Positions 1-11,081 are shown, counted from the stretch's first letter. The stretch is DNA of 64,000 nucleotides from an uncultured delta proteobacterium (GCA_963848295.1 CAWKDB010000010.1:32001-96000); one strand, 5' to 3'. Notes: generated by a model from the sequence alone, not told the origin. Numbers and translations: made by a program.

Positions 1-285
1 GGCGCCGATCGACCCGGTCAGGCTCGTCGCGAGCGCCGCGTTCTGGGTCGACCCGACCAGCCGAGATTGGTCGAAGTCGAACGTGGATCCGGTGACCGCA
101 CCACCCGCCCGCGCGGTCACGATCGCGAACCCGGTCGGCGTCGCGACCGCGACCAGCGCGGTCACGTCCGACGCATCGATCTGGAACCGCGTCGCTGCGC
201 TGGTCGACAGCGCCTCGGTGGCGAAGTCCAGTCGTCCACACGCGACGATCAGCGGCAGCACCGCGATGACACCCGTTCTGCCCAC
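1..285 (-). CDS. Putative lipoprotein (partial, runs off window start)
   Basis: Read by hand from GTG at 285: MGRTGVIAVLPLIVACGRLDF..., hydrophobic signal plus lipobox-like IVAC; open to position 1. Confidence 0.6.
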   Translation of the reverse strand, partial: MGRTGVIAVLPLIVACGRLDFATEALSTSAATRFQIDASDVTALVAVATPTGFAIVTARAGGAVTGSTFDFDQSRLVGSTQNAALATSLTGSIGA

Positions 286-357
286 GGTCGCAATTATCGC
301 CCGGGTGCGGGCCGATGTCGACGATCGCCTGGCCGGCGTGGTATCCGACACGTCGGT

Positions 358-2169
358 CTACGGCAGCGTCGCGATGTACAGCCCGTTGCCGGTCGTCCCG
401 ACCAGCAGGCGGCCGGCGCTATCGACCGCGAGCGCGGACGGGTACTTGCCCTCGAGGCCGGGGACGAACGTCCACGACTGCCCATCGTTCGACGCGAACA
501 CGCCGAGGTTCGTCGCGGCGATCACCTGCCCCTGCACCACGAGCAGGTCGGCGACCGCGGCGGGTCCGAGGCCGCTGGGATTCCACGGACCGGTAGGTGC
601 GCTCGCGCGGAACATCCCCTGGTCGGTACCGGCGAGCAGCGTACCGTCCGGGAGGATCGCGACGCACAAGACCCTCGCGTCGAGTCCGGTGTCCGCGGGA
701 ACGAAGGTCGTGCCGCCGTCGCTGGTGTAGAACATCCCGCTGTCCGTGATCGCGAGCAGCTGCATGGCGTTCGCGTCGACCGCCACGACGTCGTCGACGT
801 AGCGCATCTGACCCGCGACATCGTAGTGGGTGAACACCGTCCGGCTCGCGTCGGAGGTGACGATGCCGCCTTGCGTCGCCGCGATCAACGCGCCGCCGAC
901 GACGTGCACCTTGTTGCCGTGGTAGTTGTCCGCGACGCCAGCCAGGTAGAGCGTCGTGAACGTGGCGCCACCATCGACGCTCTGATCGAGGCCGGCGTTG
1001 TCGGCGAACACGAGCGTGTCAGGCGCGCCGGGCAGCTGGACGCCGCCGCCCGTGAACGAGTCCGATCGCATGCCTTGCGTCTCGTCGGTCCAGCTCGCGC
1101 CTGCATCATTCGACCGGAGGACACCCGACGGGGTCGCGAGGTACAAGGCGCCGTCGTCGCCGACGGTGATGTTGTTGATCGTCCAGCCGTCGATGCCGGC
1201 GTCGATCTCGGTCCACGCGAGATCGTGATCGCTGGCGGAGAACACCCCGCGATTCGTCGCGGCGAACAGCTGCGAGCTCGGGCCGAACACCAGCCGGGTC
1301 ACCGCTGCCAGGCTCATCCCCGGGCTGCGCCCGTCGGTCCCGTTGAACGAGCTCCCACCATCGACACTCTCGTACAGCCCGCTCCACGCGCTCTGGAGCA
1401 CGAAGTCGGGGCTGGCCGGATCGATCGCGGTCGTCCAGCCGGGAGAGCCGGTGGCGCTCCAGCTCGCCGCACCGTCACTCGAGTAATAGAGCTCGTTCGA
1501 CACTTGCGCGAAGACGTGGAGCGGGCGCACCGGGTCGAGCGCGACATATGCCGCGTCGACGCCGCCGAATCCGCTGTTCACGAGGTTCCAGCTCGCGCCG
1601 CCGTCGGGCGAGCTCGCGACGCCGTTATCGCTCGCGATGAAGATCCGCGAGCCGCTCGGGTCGACCTCGAGATCGTAGATCGAGTGACCGTCCATCGGCG
1701 TGGCGATGGGGCTCCAAGTCGTTCCACTGTCTTGCCACAGGCCGTCCCACGAGCCCTCGAGGACTCGTGACCCGGCGAGCGCGATGCTCGGCCCGCCTGG
1801 CGCGTCGAGCGACTGCCACGTCGCGCATCCGTCCTGGCTCGCGTAGACCCCCGCGTTCCCGCCGAAGTACACCACGCCGCTCGGATCGACGACGAGGACG
1901 CTCACATCGTGGCCTTGCACCGGTCCACACGCGATCCACGACGCGCCGCTCGAGGTCGATGTCACGACCCGAACGCTGTCGATCGCGACGTACAGCGTCC
2001 CGTCGGGCGCTCGCGCGATCGCAGTCGCCCGTCCGCCCGGAGGCAGCGCGACCTGAGTGAACGCGTTCGGCGGCACCACCGAGGCATCCGGCCCGGCGGG
2101 CGCCCCACCACAGCCGGTGCCCAGCACGCATCCGATCGCGAGGCAGAGTCGCACGACACCACTATACAC
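358..2169 (-). CDS. BNR/Asp-box repeat beta-propeller lipoprotein
   Basis: Signal peptide with GTGC lipobox; many S-x-D-x-G-x-T/S-W/F Asp-box repeats. Confidence 0.8.
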   Translation of the reverse strand: MYSGVVRLCLAIGCVLGTGCGGAPAGPDASVVPPNAFTQVALPPGGRATAIARAPDGTLYVAIDSVRVVTSTSSGASWIACGPVQGHDVSVLVVDPSGVVYFGGNAGVYASQDGCATWQSLDAPGGPSIALAGSRVLEGSWDGLWQDSGTTWSPIATPMDGHSIYDLEVDPSGSRIFIASDNGVASSPDGGASWNLVNSGFGGVDAAYVALDPVRPLHVFAQVSNELYYSSDGAASWSATGSPGWTTAIDPASPDFVLQSAWSGLYESVDGGSSFNGTDGRSPGMSLAAVTRLVFGPSSQLFAATNRGVFSASDHDLAWTEIDAGIDGWTINNITVGDDGALYLATPSGVLRSNDAGASWTDETQGMRSDSFTGGGVQLPGAPDTLVFADNAGLDQSVDGGATFTTLYLAGVADNYHGNKVHVVGGALIAATQGGIVTSDASRTVFTHYDVAGQMRYVDDVVAVDANAMQLLAITDSGMFYTSDGGTTFVPADTGLDARVLCVAILPDGTLLAGTDQGMFRASAPTGPWNPSGLGPAAVADLLVVQGQVIAATNLGVFASNDGQSWTFVPGLEGKYPSALAVDSAGRLLVGTTGNGLYIATLP

Positions 2170-2252
2170 CCCGCGTCCGGCGACCGCGCGTTCTCGAGCG
2201 GAGGCGCCAACCTATGCTGCGCCGAGCCGTTCTCGGCTAGGCTGCCCGCACC

Positions 2253-2897
2253 ATGAAGCTCTATTACAACCCGTTGTCCCCCAACGTCCGCCGCGTCCGC
2301 CTCACCGCGGCCGTGCTCGGGCTCAAGCTCGACGAGCACATCGTCGACTTCGCGAAGGGCGAGCACAAGAGCCCCGCCTACCTCGCGATCAACCCGAACG
2401 GCGCCGTTCCGACGCTCGTCGACGGCGACTTCGCGCTGACCGAGTCGCGCGCGATCATGCAGTACCTCGCGGTGCAGAAGCCCGAGTCCGGCTTGCTGCC
2501 GCGCGACGAGAAGGCGCGCATCGACGTCACGCGCTGGCAGTTCTGGGACGCCGCGCACTGGTCGCCGTGTCTCGCCGCGATCGCGTTCGAGCGGATCATG
2601 AAGGGCATGATGAACCTCGGCGCGCCCGACGCGGCGAAGATCGAAGACAACCTCAAGAGCTTCCGCCGCTGGGGCGCGGTGCTGAACGCGCGCCTCGACG
2701 GCAAGCAGTACGTCGTCGGCAACGCGTTGACGGTCGCCGACCTCACGCTCGCCTCTTCGCTGATGTACGCGAAGCAAGCGGAGATTCCGCTCGCCGAGTT
2801 TCCGAACGTCGAAGCGTGGTTCGGCGCGGATCACCGCGCTCGATGGTTGGAAGGCGACGACCTAGCGCCTTGGGAAGCGGGGCGGCGTGACGGATAG
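2253..2897 (+). CDS. Glutathione S-transferase family protein (probable +1 frameshift at ~2823; corrected stop at 2865)
   Basis: MKLYYNPLSPN, INPNGAVPTL, ESRAIMQYL, LTVAD motifs; removing one G at 2823-2824 gives ...WFARITALDGWKATT-stop. Confidence 0.9.
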   Translation: MKLYYNPLSPNVRRVRLTAAVLGLKLDEHIVDFAKGEHKSPAYLAINPNGAVPTLVDGDFALTESRAIMQYLAVQKPESGLLPRDEKARIDVTRWQFWDAAHWSPCLAAIAFERIMKGMMNLGAPDAAKIEDNLKSFRRWGAVLNARLDGKQYVVGNALTVADLTLASSLMYAKQAEIPLAEFPNVEAWFGADHRARWLEGDDLAPWEAGRRDG

Positions 2898-5037
2898 CGG
2901 AGCTCGTTCACGGTGGTCGCGCGAGCCCGCGCGGCCGTGGCACGTCTACGCGGTCGCCGCCGCGCTCGCTCTCGCGCTCTACATCGTCGTCTACGGCCCC
3001 GGCCACCTGCTCGGAACGAACGCGTACTGGACGCTCCCGGTCCTCGACGAGCGGATGGCGCTGATCGGGTACCGCTACTTTCTCCACGAGCCGTGGCACT
3101 GGCCGGTATTCGTCAGCCACGCGATCAACGTCCCGTATCCGACCAGCGTCGCGTTCTCGGACTGCATTCCGCTGTGGGCGCTGGTCAACAAGACGATCGC
3201 GACCGTGATCCCGCCGTGGCAGTCGTTCAGCTCGCACGCGTATCTCGGGCTGTGGCACGGCCTGACGTACGCATTGCAGCCCTGCTTCGGCGTCGCGATC
3301 TTGCGCCGGCTCGGCCATCGCGGCTGGTCCGCGAGCGTGCTGTCGGCGCTGTTCTTCCTCGCGGTGCCGGCGTGGATCGCGAGGTACGGCCATCCCGGTC
3401 TATCGGCGCACTGGATCGAGCTGTGGGCCATCTACCTCTATCTCGCCACGCCGGCTGGTGGACCGTGGCACCGACGGTTGACGGTCGCCTGGATCGCGCT
3501 GCTCGCGATCGCATCACTCGTCACGCCGTATCACGCGGCGATGGCGCTCGGCGTGTTCATCGCGTCGCTCGTGCGTTCGCGGCAAGCGCGCGCCGCTGCG
3601 ACGTTGTTGCCGTTGGGACTCGCATCGATCGCGATCGCGCTGTGGTTCGCGGGGTACTTCGCTCAGCAGATCGCAACCGCGCAATGGGGCTTCTCGCGCG
3701 AGAGCACGAACGTGTTGTCGTGGCTGATCCCGATTCGCAGCGGAATCCTCGGCGACGCTCGCTGGATCGCAAACGTCGACGCGACCGGTTACGAGTACGA
3801 AGGTGCGGCCTACCTCGGCCTCGGCGGTCTCGCGCTGCTCGCGTTACTCCTGCCGCAAGTCAGGACGCTGCCCGCGGTCGCTCGACGCCATATCGCGCTG
3901 TTTACATTCGCGCTCGCGTGTTGGCTGTTCGCGATGTCCAACCACGTCTATTTCGGATCACACGAGCTCGTGACGTTCCCGATCCCCAAGCTCCTCAGGT
4001 GGCTCACGCTCCAGTTTCGCGCGCCCGGCCGGTTCGTGTGGATTCCGATGTACGTGCTGCTCGCGTACGTTCTGCACCGTTCGCTCACGAGGTTCGCCGT
4101 CGGCTGGCAGCGAGCGATTCCGGTGATCGCGGTCGCGATCCAGCTGCTCGATGCGAGCGGCGAGTGGAAGGCGCAGCGGGCGGAGACCGATGGCGCGCGC
4201 GCGGTCATCCTCGCCAGCGACCGCTGGCGACCGTTGGTCGACGCGCACGACGCGGTGGCGATCTACCCGTCGTACTTCTGCGTGCTCGATAGCGGCTACA
4301 CGAGCGGCCCGCACATCTTGTCGAGCGAGATCCAGCTGCTCGCGTCCGAGCGCGGCACCCCGATCAACGGCACGTACAACACGCGCCCGATCCGCGACTG
4401 CGCGGCCGAGCTCCGGCAATGGCCCAGGCTCGAGCCGCGCCCCGGCACGCTCTACGTGTTGCTCACCGAGGCCACCGCGATCGCGGATCGCTTTGCCGCC
4501 GGGGGTGCACACTGCGCGGCGTTCGACGCCGGACGCGTGTGCTCCAGCGACGCCGCCGCCCTCGCCGACGCGATCCGCGCGGGGATCTTGCGCCCGCCAC
4601 CGGCGCCGATCCGCATGCGCTACGGCGAGCCGCTCGTGCTCGCCGCGCTGCCCGATCCGGCACCGGGCTGGTCCGCGCCAGAGGCGGGCGGTCGGTGGAG
4701 CATCGACGCGATGCCGAGCCTCCTGGTCCAGCTCGAAGGCGACGCGCCGGCGACCGTCGGGCTGCGCATCGCCGCCGCCGCGCGGCTGTGCGGCACGCGT
4801 ACGAGCGAGGACGTCGATGTCCTGATCGACGGCGTCGCGCTGACCACGCTGCACTTCACGCCCGACGCGAACGATGTGGCGACGACGCGCACCATCGCGA
4901 TTCCCGATGCGGGTCGCTTGCGCAACGCCGTCGCGCTCGAGCTCGTCCCGCACGACATTCGATCGCCGGCCGCGCTCAAGTGCAGCGCCGACGCGCGTAG
5001 ACTCGGGGTGTTCGTCGCGAGCATCTCGTTCGAATAG
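2887..5037 (+). CDS. Polytopic membrane protein, DUF6311 / GT-C-like
   Basis: About 10 hydrophobic segments; FSDCIPL, YEGAAYLG and FRAPGRFVW motifs; C-terminal soluble domain. Confidence 0.65.
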   Translation: MTDSGARSRWSREPARPWHVYAVAAALALALYIVVYGPGHLLGTNAYWTLPVLDERMALIGYRYFLHEPWHWPVFVSHAINVPYPTSVAFSDCIPLWALVNKTIATVIPPWQSFSSHAYLGLWHGLTYALQPCFGVAILRRLGHRGWSASVLSALFFLAVPAWIARYGHPGLSAHWIELWAIYLYLATPAGGPWHRRLTVAWIALLAIASLVTPYHAAMALGVFIASLVRSRQARAAATLLPLGLASIAIALWFAGYFAQQIATAQWGFSRESTNVLSWLIPIRSGILGDARWIANVDATGYEYEGAAYLGLGGLALLALLLPQVRTLPAVARRHIALFTFALACWLFAMSNHVYFGSHELVTFPIPKLLRWLTLQFRAPGRFVWIPMYVLLAYVLHRSLTRFAVGWQRAIPVIAVAIQLLDASGEWKAQRAETDGARAVILASDRWRPLVDAHDAVAIYPSYFCVLDSGYTSGPHILSSEIQLLASERGTPINGTYNTRPIRDCAAELRQWPRLEPRPGTLYVLLTEATAIADRFAAGGAHCAAFDAGRVCSSDAAALADAIRAGILRPPPAPIRMRYGEPLVLAALPDPAPGWSAPEAGGRWSIDAMPSLLVQLEGDAPATVGLRIAAAARLCGTRTSEDVDVLIDGVALTTLHFTPDANDVATTRTIAIPDAGRLRNAVALELVPHDIRSPAALKCSADARRLGVFVASISFE

Positions 5038-5087
5038 ATCGGTCGATCACGGACGGTGTGGCAGACCAGACCGCGATCGACGTCGGT

Positions 5088-5933
5088 CTATTTGTTCGTG
5101 CCGCCCGGCGCTGGAGCGAGCAACAGGTCGGAAGCATCGCCATCGACCGTCCCGGCGCCCGAGACCGCAAAGTCTCCGGCGTACTGCCACGCGCGATCGT
5201 GCGCGGTGTAGCGCGTGCCGAGCTGAGTGAGATCGTCCGGCGCGGTCGTGTGGAAGCTCGTGTAGAACCAGCTCGCCGGCCACGCGCCGTCGAACACGAT
5301 GCCAGCGTCGTAGAGCGCGTTGATCGCGGTCGGGTTCGAGTAGAGGTATGCGAGGTAGCCCGCAGAGCGAACGGCGTCTCGCCACGCCCCGGCATACGCC
5401 TTCGCGCCGGACTCGCTGTACGTGTAGGAGCCGGCCTCGAGATCGAGCACCACCGGAATATCGAGGTTCGGCGCCCAATCGTACGTCGCCATCATGGTGG
5501 CGGTCGCCTCGCCGTCGGCTTTGCCTTGCGCCGCCGTCAGCGCGCTGTGACCGCAGATGGTCGGTGCCTGCTGGCCGACCCAGATCGGCATGAAGGTCCA
5601 GTCGTCATCGGTGGCCAGGGTCGTGAGCAAGCTCTTGGTCCAACCCGAACCGGCGCTGCACGCGCCGCCGATGTAGACACCGGTCCACCGCACGCCGTCG
5701 TTGGTCTCGAGGCTGTGGGCTTCGGCAGCGCTGAACGCCGAAGCGCGATCGGCGCCCTGCAGCACCTCGATCACGGGGGGCGACCCGTCGACCGCTCCAT
5801 CGCCGGGGCCGGCCTCGCCGGTCGCGTCGCCGCTCGCGTCGGAGCTTGCTAGCGCGTCCGCATTCGTCCCACTGTTCGGCGAGCCGCAGCCGAGCCCGAC
5901 GAGCAGCGAGAGCGCACCGAGGGGGATCCGCAC
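5088..5933 (-). CDS. DUF1906 / GH25-like glycoside hydrolase lipoprotein
   Basis: GTG start at 5933 with LGC lipobox; GVYIGG, FMPIWVGQQ, LDLE and WQY motifs. Confidence 0.75.
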   Translation of the reverse strand: MRIPLGALSLLVGLGCGSPNSGTNADALASSDASGDATGEAGPGDGAVDGSPPVIEVLQGADRASAFSAAEAHSLETNDGVRWTGVYIGGACSAGSGWTKSLLTTLATDDDWTFMPIWVGQQAPTICGHSALTAAQGKADGEATATMMATYDWAPNLDIPVVLDLEAGSYTYSESGAKAYAGAWRDAVRSAGYLAYLYSNPTAINALYDAGIVFDGAWPASWFYTSFHTTAPDDLTQLGTRYTAHDRAWQYAGDFAVSGAGTVDGDASDLLLAPAPGGTNK

Positions 5934-6180
5934 CGCTTGGATGCTAGCGGGCCGCAAGGGGGCGCCGGACGAACGACTGCTGACAGGCTTGCGCGGTCGA
6001 GGCGGCACGTCACGAGTCGATCGCGAACGCCGCACCGAAGGAGAGTGGCGATTGTGCACGACCGCGCACAACGAGGCGTCGGGACCTCGAACGCGCGGAA
6101 AGATCGGCCGCGATGAACTTCTCTGTTTACGGCGGCCGGGACACGGCTACTCTCCGACGCGACCATTCTCTGGAGGATGT

Positions 6181-9100
6181 ATGGACTCCACCGCGCCGGA
6201 TCGCGACGACGACACGCTCGAGCGGACCGATGAGCTCCTCAGGATAGCCGCGCAAACCCGCTCGCCCCGGATCGCGACCGGCACCGTCGCGCCACCGATC
6301 CCCGACGACGAGCTGCTCGAGAGCCTCGACGACGAGCTCGAGACGCTGCGCGCGCTGGCGAGCGAGCATCGCGAGGCCCGCGCATGGGACGAGCTCGCCA
6401 AGACGCTGCGCCGGATCATCGACGCCGGCCAGCTCCAAGATCTCATCGGCGAGCAAGAGGAGCTCGAGCTCTACGCCGAGCTCGGCCAGCTCGAAGCGAG
6501 CGTGCTCGGGGATGTCGAGGCCGCGATCGACGCGTGGCGCAAGGTCACCGCGATCGACCCGTCCGACCTTCGCGCGCTCGCCGCGCTCGAGGATCTGCTG
6601 TCGCGCGACGGCCGGTGGCGCGAATCGGTCGAGGTGATCGAGCGACGCGCGCTCGTGGTCGACGACGAGGCCGTGCAGCGCGAGGCGCTGCTCGAAGCCG
6701 CCGCGATCTGGGAAGATCGGCTCGCCGACTCGAGCCGCGCGGCCGAGCTCTACGCGCGCGTGCGCGGCCTCGATCCGACCGATCGAGTCGCCGCCGAGCG
6801 TCTCGCCGCGATCTACGCGCAGGAGCGCCGGTGGGCCGAGCTCGTCGAGATCCTGCTCGAGCAATCGGAGTCGCTCGGCGACGCCGAGCCGCAGATCCAG
6901 CTCTTGCTCCGGGTCGCGGGCATCTACGAGCGCGAGCTCGACGATCAGGACAGCGCGTTCTACGTGGTCCAGGCGGCATTCAACCGCGGCTACGCGCACG
7001 AGCGCGCCGGCGCGGAGCTCGAGCGCCTCGCGACCGCCACCGGACACTGGCAGGACGTCCTCGACGAGTACAGCGGGCGCGTCGCCGAGCTCGAGCGCGA
7101 GGATCGCCGAGCCGCTGCCGATCTATGGGCGAGGATGGGCCGCTGGTACTGCGAGCACCTGTCGCAGCTCGACTACGCGGCGCACTCGATCCAGCAGGCG
7201 CTGCGCATCGATCCGACGCACGCGGGCGCGCTCGCCGCGAACGCCAACGTGCAGCGCATGCGAGGCAGCTCGAGCGAGCAGACCCAGGACGTCCGCGGCG
7301 CGATCGACGCCTACGAGCAGGCGCTCGCGCACGATCCGACGTCCGCCACGTCGCTCGAGGCGCTCGATCGCCTGTACCGCCGCGCCGAGGCGTGGCAACC
7401 GCTCGTCGAGATCCTGACCAGGCGCGCGAAGCTCGCGACCGATGACGCCGATGCGACCGGGTTCTGGCTCGAGATCGGCTCGACCCACGAGCTCCACCTC
7501 GCGGACCCGGGCCAGGCGATCACGGCGTACCAGAACGTGCTCGCGCTCGAGCCGTCGAACGGCGTCGCGATGCGCGCGCTCGAGACGCTGTACGAGAAGA
7601 CCGAGCAGAACGACCAATACCTCGCCATCCTCGACACCCGGCTCGCCGCCGCGACCGCGGACAGCGAGCGCATCGCGATCTACGAGCGCATCGCCACGGC
7701 ATGGGAGGAGCGCTTCGGCAAGCTCGATCGCGCCGCGCAGGCGTACGAACGCATCCTCGCGATCGATCCGCGCAACACCGCAGCGCACCACCTGCTCGCG
7801 CGCATGCACCAGCAGGCCGGCCGCTACGACTTGCTGGTCGTGGCCTACCGCAACCACGTGGCCGTGACGGCCGATGTCGAGGCGCGCATCGAGTTGATCC
7901 TCGCGATGGCGCAGATTCACGACGGCCGGCTGCACGACCTCGCCGGTGCGATCCACGCCTACGAAGATGTGCTCGCGCTCGACGCAGATCACGCGATAGC
8001 GCTCGACGCGCTCGGCCGGCTGTACGAGAAGACCGCAGATTGGCAACGCGCGGTCGCGGCGCTGGCGCGGCTTGCCGAGTTGACCGACCAGGCGCGCAAG
8101 CCGGGTCTCTACTGGCGCGTCGCCCGCATTCAGTACAGCGAGATCGGCGACAACGACCAGGCGGAAGCCCATCTGCTCCGCGCCCTCGCCGTCGATCCCG
8201 GGCACGTCCCCGCGCTCGAGCTGCTCACCGAGCACTACGCCGATCGCGGCGACTGGCAGAAGGCCGCGCAGACGATGGAGCGCGCCGCGAGCCACAGCGC
8301 GCTCGCGATCGACACGGTTCGCTTGCTGAACGACGCCGCGGGCATCTACCAGCACAAGCTGCATCAAGACCCGCAGGCGACGCGACTGTACGCGGCGGTG
8401 ATCGCGCTCGATCCCGAGCACGTCGCGGCCGGTCGAGCGCTCGCCGGGCTGTACTTCGCCGCCGGCGAGTGGGCTGCGCTGTTCCCGGTGATCGAGATGC
8501 TCTGCCGCAAGCTCGGGCAGCAGCGCGGCGAGGCGAGCGAGCTCCACGAGCTGTACTTCCGCGCGGCGCGCTGCGCCGAGGAGCTGGGCAAGGACGACAA
8601 GGCGCTCGCTTACTACACGGCGGCGTACGAGCTCGACGCCGCCCACGTGCCGACGCTGATGGGCCGCGCCGATCTCTCGTTCAAGATGCAGGACTGGGCG
8701 AGCGCCCGGTCGCTCTATCAGAACATCCTGGCCCGGCGCCGGGGCAGCCGCGACGTTGCCGACCTCGTCATCTACTACCGGCTCGGCATGGCGCGCAACG
8801 CGCTCGGCGAGCGCAACCCGGCACTCGCGATGTTCGACAAGGCGCTCGACATCGATCCGGACCATAAGGAGACGTTGCTCGCGGTGGTCGATCTGCAGGG
8901 CAAGCGCGGCGATTGGGACGCGGTCGTGCGCGCCAAGCGCGGCCTGCTCGCGAGCGCGACCGGGCGCGACAAGACCGTGCTGCTCGACGACATCGCGGCG
9001 ATCTACAACGACCAGCTGCGCAACGCGCCGAAGGCGACCGCCGCTTATCTCGAGGCGCTCGATAACGCGCCCGACGATCGCCAGCTGCTGCAGAAGGTGC

Positions 9101-10671
9101 TCGACCTGTGCACCGAGACGAAGCAGTGGCACAAGGCGGTCGACACCATCCAGCGGTTCGTCGCGCTCGAGAGCGATCCGTTCCGCAAGGCGCTCTACTT
9201 CCACGCCGCGGCGACGTTGTGCCGCGACGAGCTGAAGGCGCTCCCCGAAGCGATCGATTACTTCGACTGCGCGCTCGACAGCTTCTTCGCGCAACCGGAG
9301 CGGCTCGACGAGCACCAGCTCGCCCGTGCGCTGCGGTCGTTCGAGGCGATCGACGCGGTCCTCACGACGACGCGCGATTGGAAGGGCCAGGAGCGCGCCT
9401 ACCGCGACATGCTCAAGCGGCTGCCGAACGGCGTGAACCCGCTGTTTCACAAGCTGCAGGTCGGCCTGCTCGACGCGCTCGGTGAGATCTATCGGTCGCG
9501 GCTCAAGCAATATGCGGCGGCGACCGAGGTGTTCGAGCTCGCGCAACAGATGGATCCGAAGAGCGAGCTGCGCGCCGGGACCGATCGCGCCGAGATCCTC
9601 GCCGAGCTCTACCTCGTCGCCGGGCCCGACCGCGCCGACAAGGCGATCGAGCAGCACATGGTCATGCTGCACCGCGAGCCGTTCAAGTACGACTCGTACC
9701 AGGCGCTCGCGAAGATCTACGCGGAAACGGGTCAGTGGGACAAGCACTGGTGCCTGTGCAACACGCTCGCGTTCCTCCGGAAGGCCGATGCCGACCAGCT
9801 CGCGTTCTACGAGCAGTACCGGCCGCACGGTCTGGTCAAGGCCAAGGCCGCGATGACCGCGGACAGCTGGGCCAGGCTCGCCCACCGCGACGAGAACCGC
9901 TACATCTCGGCGATCTTCGGCGCGTGCTGGGAGGGCGTCGCGGCGCTCAAGGCGTTCCCGCACAAGGACTTCGGCGTGAAGCGCGAGGATCGCCGCCAGC
10001 TCGACGGCGATCCGCTGACATTCAGCCGGCTGTTCGTGTACGCGGGGCAAGTCATGAACACGCGCTTGCCCGACGTCTACCTCGTCGACGACGGCAAGGC
10101 CGTCGACATCCAGCTCGCGAACGCGATCGATAAGACCGAGCTGTGCCCGTCGTTCGTGGTGCGACCGAACGTGCTGCAGGGCAAGAACGAGCGCGAGGTC
10201 GCGTTCGCGGCCGCGCGCCGGCTCGCGTTCATGCGACCCGAGTACTACCTGCGCCTGCTCCTGCCGACGAACGGCGAGCTGAAGGTGGTGCTGCTCGCGG
10301 CGATCGCGATGGTCCAGCCCGGCTTCCCGGTACCGCCGGCGTTCGCGCCTGCGGTCGCCGAGTACGTCGCCGCGCTGCGCAAGCGCATGCCTACCTACGG
10401 GCTCGAGCAGCTCGGCGTGCTGGTCCAACGCTTCGTCCAGACTTCCCCCGAGACCGACATCGCGAGGTGGAGCCACGCGGTGGAGTTTGCATCGCATCGC
10501 GCCGGCTTCGTCGTCTGCGGCAATCTCGAGCTCACCGCGCGCGCGATCGCGGCGGAGCCGCCGGTGGTGGGCGCGCCGACCGCGAAGGACAAGATCCGCG
10601 AGCTCGTGCTGTTCTCGGCGAGCGATCAGTTGTTCGCGATCCGCGCCCAGATGGGCCTCACGATCGGCTGA
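6181..10671 (+). CDS. Giant TPR-repeat protein (myxobacterial gliding-motility AgmK-like)
   Basis: ATG at 6181 after GGAGGA; continuous TPR repeats (AL.LDP....A..AL..LY). Confidence 0.8.
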   Translation: MDSTAPDRDDDTLERTDELLRIAAQTRSPRIATGTVAPPIPDDELLESLDDELETLRALASEHREARAWDELAKTLRRIIDAGQLQDLIGEQEELELYAELGQLEASVLGDVEAAIDAWRKVTAIDPSDLRALAALEDLLSRDGRWRESVEVIERRALVVDDEAVQREALLEAAAIWEDRLADSSRAAELYARVRGLDPTDRVAAERLAAIYAQERRWAELVEILLEQSESLGDAEPQIQLLLRVAGIYERELDDQDSAFYVVQAAFNRGYAHERAGAELERLATATGHWQDVLDEYSGRVAELEREDRRAAADLWARMGRWYCEHLSQLDYAAHSIQQALRIDPTHAGALAANANVQRMRGSSSEQTQDVRGAIDAYEQALAHDPTSATSLEALDRLYRRAEAWQPLVEILTRRAKLATDDADATGFWLEIGSTHELHLADPGQAITAYQNVLALEPSNGVAMRALETLYEKTEQNDQYLAILDTRLAAATADSERIAIYERIATAWEERFGKLDRAAQAYERILAIDPRNTAAHHLLARMHQQAGRYDLLVVAYRNHVAVTADVEARIELILAMAQIHDGRLHDLAGAIHAYEDVLALDADHAIALDALGRLYEKTADWQRAVAALARLAELTDQARKPGLYWRVARIQYSEIGDNDQAEAHLLRALAVDPGHVPALELLTEHYADRGDWQKAAQTMERAASHSALAIDTVRLLNDAAGIYQHKLHQDPQATRLYAAVIALDPEHVAAGRALAGLYFAAGEWAALFPVIEMLCRKLGQQRGEASELHELYFRAARCAEELGKDDKALAYYTAAYELDAAHVPTLMGRADLSFKMQDWASARSLYQNILARRRGSRDVADLVIYYRLGMARNALGERNPALAMFDKALDIDPDHKETLLAVVDLQGKRGDWDAVVRAKRGLLASATGRDKTVLLDDIAAIYNDQLRNAPKATAAYLEALDNAPDDRQLLQKVLDLCTETKQWHKAVDTIQRFVALESDPFRKALYFHAAATLCRDELKALPEAIDYFDCALDSFFAQPERLDEHQLARALRSFEAIDAVLTTTRDWKGQERAYRDMLKRLPNGVNPLFHKLQVGLLDALGEIYRSRLKQYAAATEVFELAQQMDPKSELRAGTDRAEILAELYLVAGPDRADKAIEQHMVMLHREPFKYDSYQALAKIYAETGQWDKHWCLCNTLAFLRKADADQLAFYEQYRPHGLVKAKAAMTADSWARLAHRDENRYISAIFGACWEGVAALKAFPHKDFGVKREDRRQLDGDPLTFSRLFVYAGQVMNTRLPDVYLVDDGKAVDIQLANAIDKTELCPSFVVRPNVLQGKNEREVAFAAARRLAFMRPEYYLRLLLPTNGELKVVLLAAIAMVQPGFPVPPAFAPAVAEYVAALRKRMPTYGLEQLGVLVQRFVQTSPETDIARWSHAVEFASHRAGFVVCGNLELTARAIAAEPPVVGAPTAKDKIRELVLFSASDQLFAIRAQMGLTIG

Positions 10672-10685
10672 GGCAGCAGCGTCCC

Positions 10686-11081
10686 ATGTTCGATCACCTG
10701 TCCATCGGCGTGAAGGATCTCCCGCGCTCGGCCGCGTTCTACGACGCCGCACTGGCGCCGCTCGGTCACGTCCGGCTGTTCGAGAACCCGCGCTCGGTGT
10801 GTTACGGACCGAAAGGCCTCATCGGCGGCGAGCCGCCGTTCGCGATCCTGCCGGTGGCAGAGGGCGAGGTCGTGACCGCGCGCTTCCATCTCGCGTTCGC
10901 GGCGACGTCTCGCGAACAGGTCGTTCGCTTTCACGCGGCCGCGGTCGCCGCGGGCGGCACCGACGGCGGGCCGCCCGGCTTTCGCGAGAACTACGCACCG
11001 ACGTACTACTGCGCGTTCGTCAATGATCCTGACGGCCATCGCCTCGAAGCCGTCGTTCACGGGCTAGGCGGCCCTACGTAG
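10686..11081 (+). CDS. VOC / glyoxalase family protein
   Basis: MFDHLSIGVKDLPRSAAFY, FHLAF and DPDGHRLE motifs. Confidence 0.9.
   Translation: MFDHLSIGVKDLPRSAAFYDAALAPLGHVRLFENPRSVCYGPKGLIGGEPPFAILPVAEGEVVTARFHLAFAATSREQVVRFHAAAVAAGGTDGGPPGFRENYAPTYYCAFVNDPDGHRLEAVVHGLGGPT

Noticed and set aside
7123..10752. 1209-aa antisense ORF and similar long shadow ORFs (e.g. 67-1770, 28504-31005, 42183-45143)
   Set aside because: They overlap well-supported genes and are Arg/Ala-rich without motifs, as expected from high-GC codon bias
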